Assembly: GCA_965205675.1 (NCBI GenBank)
Contig: OZ242186.1
Coordinates: forward strand, 704,001-768,000
Direction of reading: 5' to 3'
Length of the DNA stretch: 64,000 bases
Source of the DNA: Nitrosopumilus sp.
Lineage (GTDB): Archaea; Thermoproteota; Nitrososphaeria; Nitrososphaerales; Nitrosopumilaceae
Below, piece after piece: positions 57,321-64,000 of this stretch; the stretch's first letter is position 1, and each line of letters opens with the position of its first letter. The notes under the pieces were generated by a model, which made no database searches, was not told the origin of the DNA, and saw only the letters and a program-made list of their open reading frames with translations. A program made the position numbers and the translations under genes.

Positions 57321-58343
57321 TTGAACAAAACAATTCAGGGAAATCTAGATTACAAAAAATATGTTGTAGATTCTAAGCTTCAATACTTTAAGACTCATGC
57401 CAGTAAAGTTGAGAAAACATTTGCTGAAGAGATCTTTTCTAGTCTTAATGGGGATTCCAAATCTATTAGTCCTAAATTTTTCTATGATAAAAAAGGCTCT
57501 GATTTGTTTGAAAAGATTTGTGCTCTGCCTGAGTATTATCCTACAAGAACTGAAATTAGTGTTTTAAAAAAATTACAAACTGAACTATCTTCATTTATTG
57601 ACGAATCTTTCCGATTAGTGGAATTAGGTAGTGGTGCATCAGTTAAGACTAGGCTTATTCTTGATATTTTTACAAAATTACAAACTCAAACTGAATATTT
57701 CCCAATAGATATCTCTGAAATTTTGACTGAGAGTTCTGAATTGCTTCTTCAGGATTACGACACTCTTCACATTACTGGTATAATTGATACCTATGAAGGT
57801 GGATTGGAATTTTTAAAAAACTATGATGACAAAAATAATTTTATTATTTTTCTAGGTTCTAGTTTTGGTAATTTTTCTCCTGATGACGGACAAGTATTTC
57901 TAAAAAAAATAAACTCTACAATGAAATCTGGTGATTTATTCCTCATTGGTTTGGATTTGGTAAAAGATTCAAAAATTTTAGAATCTGCATATGATGATGC
58001 TCAAGGTATTACTGCACAATTCAATCTTAATGTTCTTGCTAGAATAAATGATGAACTTGATGCTAATTTTGACTTGAATAATTTTTCACACTATTCATTT
58101 TACAATAAGAAAGATCAAAGAATTGAAATGTATCTAAAATCTTTGGTTAACCAATCTGTAACTATCTCAAAATCTAATTTTTCTTTAGATTTAAAAAAGA
58201 ATGAATTAATTCATACTGAATATTCTCACAAGTACACTCTGAATCAAATCCACACTCTTTTGGGAAAAACAGGCTTTAAAATTAATCATATTTGGTTAGA
58301 TGAGAAAACTCATTTTTCTTTAACACTAGTTTCAAAAAACTAG
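57321..58343 (+). CDS. egtD: L-histidine N-alpha-methyltransferase
   Basis: PKFFYD..GSDLFEKIC.LPEYYPTRTE, ELGSG, AYDDAQGITAQFNLN and IHTEYSHKY motifs. Confidence 0.93.
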   Translation: MNKTIQGNLDYKKYVVDSKLQYFKTHASKVEKTFAEEIFSSLNGDSKSISPKFFYDKKGSDLFEKICALPEYYPTRTEISVLKKLQTELSSFIDESFRLVELGSGASVKTRLILDIFTKLQTQTEYFPIDISEILTESSELLLQDYDTLHITGIIDTYEGGLEFLKNYDDKNNFIIFLGSSFGNFSPDDGQVFLKKINSTMKSGDLFLIGLDLVKDSKILESAYDDAQGITAQFNLNVLARINDELDANFDLNNFSHYSFYNKKDQRIEMYLKSLVNQSVTISKSNFSLDLKKNELIHTEYSHKYTLNQIHTLLGKTGFKINHIWLDEKTHFSLTLVSKN

Positions 58344-59650
58344 TTGTTCTCTGCACATCTAAACCCTGCAAATAACCAACGTTCATCTAATCTAAAGAAA
58401 TTTCTATAACTTCCCCTGATTGACATTTTTGGAGTTCCAAAAGAACCCCCTCTCAAAACTTTTTGGTTTGTAAACCATTTGTCATTATATTCATCAAATC
58501 CTGATTTGAAACCTGGATATCCTGTGAATTCTGATGCAGTCCACTCCCATACATCCCCAATCATTTGTTGACATCCTAGATGACTAATTCCATTTGGATA
58601 TGATCCTATCTCTGAGCATCCCCAATGATATGACTCAAGTAAATTACATCTGTCTTGAGTGGGATTTTCGTTTCCCCATGGAAATGTTGTTTTTTCTTGT
58701 CTATCTTCATTCCAACAAGCAGCTTTTTCCCATTCTGCTTCTGTTGGGAGTCTTTTACCTGCCCATTTACAGTATGCATCTGCTTCATAATAACTAACAT
58801 GACACACTGGTTCATTTGGGTTTATTTCTCTAATTCCTAAAAAGTCTCTTACGTGCCATTTATCATCTATTTTTTCCCAATACATTGGAGAATTCCATTT
58901 GTTATTTTTTACTCTCTCCCATCCGTCTGACAGCCAATACTTGTATGTTTCATAACCTCCATCTTCCATGAATTTCATATACTGTTGATTTGTTATGGGA
59001 AATACATCTAATTTGTAATCCTGAAGGTATACTTTATGTTCTGGTGATTCTATGTCGTAACAAAAATCTTTTTTGTTATTTCCTAATGTGTAGAATCCTC
59101 CTTTGATATCTATTGATTTTTTCTCAACATTATTTGGTTTCATAATTTCATTTTTCTTTATTGGTAGGTACTGCTCTGCAAGTAAATGTTGTAAATCATA
59201 CACTAGTAACTCTTGATGCTGGCATTCATGATGAAATCCCATAACTATTAGTTTTTTGATCTCTTCATTCAAAACTTGAGTTTCAATAAACTTTACCACT
59301 CTTTGATTAATCACGTCAAAATATTGCAAGATTTGGTCTGTTGTTGGCCTTGATACAACTCCTCGTAATCTTTTATCTTGTGGCACTCCAAATTGTTGAT
59401 AATACGAGTTAAGATACTCTGAAAATTCTTTAGAATAAAATTCATAATTTTTATCTATTTTGCTCATGATTGCTTCATAAATCCAACTTACATGACCTAT
59501 GTGCCATTTTGGAGGACTCGTAAAAAATGCAGTTTGAACTACAAGATCATCTTTTTCCAAAGTCTTTACCAATTCTAATGTTCTACTCCGTGTTTCCTTA
59601 AATTGCTCTAATAATGAAACCTCTGTTTGTAACTCTGGATTTGATGTCAT
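58340..59650 (-). CDS. egtB: Ergothioneine biosynthesis sulfoxide synthase
   Basis: SPPKWHIGH, HHECQHQE iron ligands and FGE-sulfatase domain (RLPTEAEWEKA, YRNFF); start set at ATG 59650. Confidence 0.92.
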   Translation of the reverse strand: MTSNPELQTEVSLLEQFKETRSRTLELVKTLEKDDLVVQTAFFTSPPKWHIGHVSWIYEAIMSKIDKNYEFYSKEFSEYLNSYYQQFGVPQDKRLRGVVSRPTTDQILQYFDVINQRVVKFIETQVLNEEIKKLIVMGFHHECQHQELLVYDLQHLLAEQYLPIKKNEIMKPNNVEKKSIDIKGGFYTLGNNKKDFCYDIESPEHKVYLQDYKLDVFPITNQQYMKFMEDGGYETYKYWLSDGWERVKNNKWNSPMYWEKIDDKWHVRDFLGIREINPNEPVCHVSYYEADAYCKWAGKRLPTEAEWEKAACWNEDRQEKTTFPWGNENPTQDRCNLLESYHWGCSEIGSYPNGISHLGCQQMIGDVWEWTASEFTGYPGFKSGFDEYNDKWFTNQKVLRGGSFGTPKMSIRGSYRNFFRLDERWLFAGFRCAENN

Positions 59651-59697
59651 AATTGAAAAATTATTTATTTCTATTATTATGTTTGTGGGTATTCTCT

Positions 59698-61140
59698 CTA
59701 GTACCCTCTTGCAAAAATTGGTATGGCTGTACTTTGTTCTTGACAATAGATGCATTTTTGGTTTGTATTCTCACTTTCAAATGGTATGGCTCTAATTTCT
59801 GCACCTGTTTCTTCTTTGATCTTATTTTCACATTCTAGTTTTCCACACCATGGTGATCTGAAGAAACCTCCTTTCTCTATTTTTGATTTAAATTCATTAT
59901 AATCTGAAATTTCTAATGTGTTGTTTTCTGCTTCTCTTTTGGCTTTTTTTAACATCTCTGTTTGAATTTTATCTAGCATGATTGATATTTTATTTATTTC
60001 AGAAAAATTTAAATTAATTTTTTCTTGATTGTATCTTTTTGCAACAATGACACTCTGTTTTTCTATATCTTTTGGACCTATATCTATTCGTAAAGGAACC
60101 CCTTTGAGTTCCCAATCGTTGAATTTGTATCCCAGTGATAATCCTTCCCTGTCATCTACATGTGTTCTAATGTCTTTTGACTCTAACTCTGCCTTTATCT
60201 CCTCTGCTTTGGGCAATATGCTATTTTTTCCTTCATTGTTTTTATAAATTGGAACAATTACTACTTGCATTGGTGCCACTTTAGGTGGTAGCACTAATCC
60301 TTTATCATCGCCATGAGCCATGATCATTGCCCCAATCAATCTCCAGGAAATTCCCCACGAAGTTTGCCATGCAAAATGTTCTACGTTATCTTTATCTGCA
60401 AATTTTACTTCAAACGGTTTAGAAAAATTTTGTCCTAAAAAGTGAGATGTGCCCATTTGTAATGCTTTCCCGTCTGGCATTATTGATTCCATAGTTGTTG
60501 TATATACTGCACCTACGAATTTTTCTTTTTCACTTTTTCTACCTATTGTTACAGGAATTGCTAACTCTTCTTCCACTGTTTTTTTGTAAATATCTAAAAT
60601 CTTCATTACTTCTTCTTCAGCTTCTTCTTTTGTTGCGTGTACTGTGTGTCCTTCTTGCCACAAAAATTCTGATGTTCTAAGAAATGGTTTTGTGGCTTTG
60701 ATTTCTGCTCTTAATGCTGTATTCCAAAAATTAATTTTTAATGGCAAATCTCTCCAGCTTTGAATCCATTTTGAATACAATGTATATGCTAATGTTTCAG
60801 AAGTTGGTCTTAACGCAAGTCTGTCTCCTACTTTATTGGTACCTGAATGTGTTACCCAAAACACTTCTGGATTGAATCCTGCAAAATGTTTTTGTTCTTT
60901 TCCTAATAGTGACTCTGGAATTAATATTGGCAAAAATCCATTCCTGATCCCATTTTTTGAAAACTTTTTGTCAAATGTATTTTTTAATGATTCCCATATG
61001 GAATATCCGTCAGGCCTAAGAACAATCAATCCTTTAACTGGTGCATAGTCTGCAAGCTTTGCTTTTAGCACAACTTGTGTATACCACTCACTAAAATCCT
61101 TATTTTTTGAAACTGTAATTCCCACATCTTCTTTTCCCAA
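59698..61140 (-). CDS. proS: Proline--tRNA ligase (archaeal/eukaryotic type)
   Basis: LRPTSET, FLRTSEFLWQEGHT, QTSWG motifs and C-terminal ARGY. Confidence 0.97.
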   Translation of the reverse strand: MGKEDVGITVSKNKDFSEWYTQVVLKAKLADYAPVKGLIVLRPDGYSIWESLKNTFDKKFSKNGIRNGFLPILIPESLLGKEQKHFAGFNPEVFWVTHSGTNKVGDRLALRPTSETLAYTLYSKWIQSWRDLPLKINFWNTALRAEIKATKPFLRTSEFLWQEGHTVHATKEEAEEEVMKILDIYKKTVEEELAIPVTIGRKSEKEKFVGAVYTTTMESIMPDGKALQMGTSHFLGQNFSKPFEVKFADKDNVEHFAWQTSWGISWRLIGAMIMAHGDDKGLVLPPKVAPMQVVIVPIYKNNEGKNSILPKAEEIKAELESKDIRTHVDDREGLSLGYKFNDWELKGVPLRIDIGPKDIEKQSVIVAKRYNQEKINLNFSEINKISIMLDKIQTEMLKKAKREAENNTLEISDYNEFKSKIEKGGFFRSPWCGKLECENKIKEETGAEIRAIPFESENTNQKCIYCQEQSTAIPIFARGY

Positions 61141-61474
61141 ACTAGAATTTATTGAATTAATTTAATTAATGAGCCTTTCGTGAGCAGTTATCATCATATT
61201 TATTTATCAAAAATCCCAAAATTTGTGCTACTACATTTAATTTTAATTGTATTTTCTAACAAAATTTCATGATCCATGGTTCTAATTTGTTTTATCAAAC
61301 ATCATGTAGATCAAAACATTGTACATCAAACCATGAATAATCAGAAATTAATTCGTAGTGTGGTGCTGTCTGGTTACCTGAAGCGAAGGTGAATCAAACC
61401 CTGAAATCATTATTTGAATATAACTCCAACTGAGAAGACTCGTTATGTGATGAACCTTTTCATCCGAATTTGAA

Positions 61475-61765
61475 TTATTTTAGCTTGTCGCCTTTGCAGA
61501 GCACTTTGCCCATTACCCTGCTTTGGAAATTTGTACACACAAAACATTGTATGAAATGAACATCTTCTTTTAAGACTGGACATTCTACAAATTCCTGTTT
61601 CATTCTTTTGAGCATTTTTGGACTGACTCCTTTTAGTTTGAGTTTTCCTTTTTCATCCATCATTCCTGATGCTTTTAGTTCTGTCTTGATATCGTCTGGG
61701 AGTTTTTGTCTGCCTTCTCTTTCTTTGATTTCTACTTCGAATTTATGTTCTAATTCATCAGCCAT
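61475..61765 (-). CDS. Conserved small protein with C-terminal Cys cluster
   Basis: CPV..CFVC..C motifs. Confidence 0.7.
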   Translation of the reverse strand: MADELEHKFEVEIKEREGRQKLPDDIKTELKASGMMDEKGKLKLKGVSPKMLKRMKQEFVECPVLKEDVHFIQCFVCTNFQSRVMGKVLCKGDKLK

Positions 61766-62083
61766 ATCTATTAGAGCATATTCGGTGATTTATTACTAGC
61801 GTTTTTTTTGATCTAAAAAAATTTAAACTTTAATACTATTGATGATTCCGATATTAAATACCATAATTAATTGAGACTTGGGCATAACTAATTCTAATTT
61901 TTGAGTCAATTCTCAAATTATTCAAATAGAAAAAGCTAAGGATCTTATCATGTTTTGTTCATTGGAATGTCAAAACAAATGAAAATTCCTAACAAGATTC
62001 TGTCGGAATCATTTCTTATTGGTGTGTTATATTTGGTGGGAGTGTTGTCTTTGTATGAGGAAGTATTCAGATCTGGTAGACCA

Positions 62084-64000
62084 TATGCCCCAGATCATAA
62101 GTCTTTTAATTTATTGTTCTTGCAAAATACTGATACATATTCAAATTAAATTTGTGGGTTCTAAAATACTCCATAACTGTATGCCTCATTTCATGAATAG
62201 ATTCATAAAATTCTGATTCAACATCAGTAGATGGGAAAGTAACTCAATTTAGATCAAAAACTATCAATAATTCAATCAATCTATTCAGATAGAAAAAGCT
62301 TGATGGAAGTATGTCACTCCATCAAATATGCATTGTACTTCATTTGATACCATGACACACCAAGGCGTGATACTATCTAAAGCATTTGAGATTATCACTA
62401 AAATAATGTACAATATCTTATTGTTTCCATGCTCTAGTAAAAATAACTCACGGTTCCACAATGCAGATGCACATAATTCTATCATGTCATTGTGTTTGGG
62501 AAATTCGTATGCCGAATCTGGATTAAAGAGACTGGCAATGGAATCAGATAATGCTTCTCCAACTGGTTTCATGGTTGAGAAAAATCATATCAAAAATATC
62601 ACAAAAAACAATGCAAATTCAATTACATCAGTCACTAGATAGTACAGTATCAAAATTACGAGAACTGGGAGTATTGGAACAACCAGTTACTGTAGCAATT
62701 GACAAACATCTAATCCCAAGATATGACAAATTGCCAAACCATTCTTTAATAAAATCAAAATCAAAAAACAGTACTACTCATTTTGAGAGTTACTGCACCA
62801 TGCAGTGCGTTGAAAAAAGAATCAGGGCTCAATTAGGTTGTTATCCTTTGTATGACAACAAATCAAATGCCGATTTTGTGCGTAAATTACTCTCTGATGG
62901 CATCAATAATGGAATCAAGATTAAACTATTGCTAGTGGATAGGGAGTTTTTCACAGCTGGAACAATTTCAGAAATAAAACAAAAGAATCTGAAATTTCTA
63001 ATGCCTGCAAAAAAGAATTCTCGAATCAAAGATGCAATTGTACAATACGTTAATGGAGATAGAAAGTCAATCTCGCCATACACAATAAAATCATCATCAG
63101 GACATGTAGAATCATTTACTCTAGTTATTCTACCAAACAAAAATGCAAGAAAAAAATCAGATATTATTGATCAGTATGTTGTGTTTGCAACAAATATTTC
63201 ACCAAAAGAAATATCATATAACATACAAAACATTCCAACTGATTACAAGAAACGTTGGGGGATTGAAACAGGCTATGCATGTGTGGGAAGGTTCAGACCA
63301 AAAACCACCAGTTCAAACCAATCCATAAGATTGTTGTATTTTTACTATTCATTGATTTTGTACAATGCATGGATAATTGCTAATTTGATTATCTCAGAAG
63401 AAACTAATGTACAAAATCACAAACCAATAATATCAATTGAAATTCTCAAATATTTCTTTGTAAAGATAATTATTCATTATTTTAGAAATAACAAAAATAA
63501 TTATTTCCTAGAATGTGTAACTTGAGTTACTTTCCCATCTACTGAACATTAACATGTTTGCACTGTCTCCAAATCTCTTCAATCATACTCAAATGCGGGG
63601 AGCCTCTTGGAAGATATGCCAGTTTGACATCTTCGTTTTTACGCAGATATTCTTTTACATCATTAGCTTTGTGTTGTGGTGCTCTATCGACGATAACAAA
63701 TATTTTTCCGAATTTTTTACGAGCTGCTTGCAAATAATCTATAAATTCAACTGAGTTAAATTTTTCATACGATCTAAAAAAACTTTGATTGCCATCATTT
63801 CCATAAACCAAAAATCTTTGATGTGATCCTCTCCAACGTACAATCATTCGTTGGTGTACATCTGTCCAGTATTTTTTACCAAGACGTACATCGTCGACAA
63901 ATACTGATTCGTCTTGGATAAATACTGTAAAACCTTTCTTTTTTGCCTTTTCTATGCGTGAAATGATGCGGTTTTTCCACTTGCGGCACACATCCTTGGA
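62084..64000 (-). mobile_element. IS630-family element (runs off the right edge) interrupted by ISH3
   Basis: QDES..DRAPQH..SPHLSMIEE in 63539-63991; frame continues left of ISH3 as NVESEFYESIHEMRH..FARTIN* (stop 62106-62108). Confidence 0.88.
62225..63544 (+). mobile_element. ISH3-family (IS4 superfamily) element; transposase 62328-63525 split by a 1-nt frameshift near 62570
   Basis: Perfect 23-bp TIR CAGTAGATGGGAAAGTAACTCAA and 5-bp TSD AACAT; AIDKH, LLVDREFF and YKKRWGIETGY motifs. Confidence 0.93.

Noticed and set aside
61425-61465. TPP riboswitch (CTGAGA...TGAACCT resemblance)
   Set aside because: The downstream conserved GATC-GG-TAAT-CC-GCG-AGG core is missing and no thiamine gene follows.

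Overview
AT-rich (~30% GC) chromosomal segment of a Nitrosopumilus-like ammonia-oxidising archaeon (Nitrosopumilaceae), identified from the 16S-23S rRNA operon next to hemL, the thaumarchaeosortase and typical core genes. From left to right it holds: a type I-B CRISPR-Cas effector operon (cas6-cas8b-cas7-cas5-cas3, running off the left edge, with no array or cas1/2 visible); hemL; the 16S-23S rRNA operon; an HNH nuclease; a PHA cluster (hydrolase, AbrB regulator, phasin, phaE, phaC); tfb; birA; a decayed toxin-antitoxin pair; eRF1; a DinG/XPD helicase; dbh; an Alba protein with 50 perfect PEPT repeats; ino1; smc; egtD/egtB; and proS. The window is heavily invaded by IS elements (IS66 with two nested IS630s, IS110, ISH3 nested in IS630, three kinds of MITE) and carries several pseudogenes, consistent with a host-associated lineage under relaxed selection. 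The most unusual signals are two repeat-spacer-repeat scars with 72-74 bp periods inside genes. One duplicates a CRISPR-repeat-like sequence (GTTGAAAT...ATTGCAAC) and looks like an ectopic Cas1-Cas2 spacer integration (a neo-CRISPR unit).
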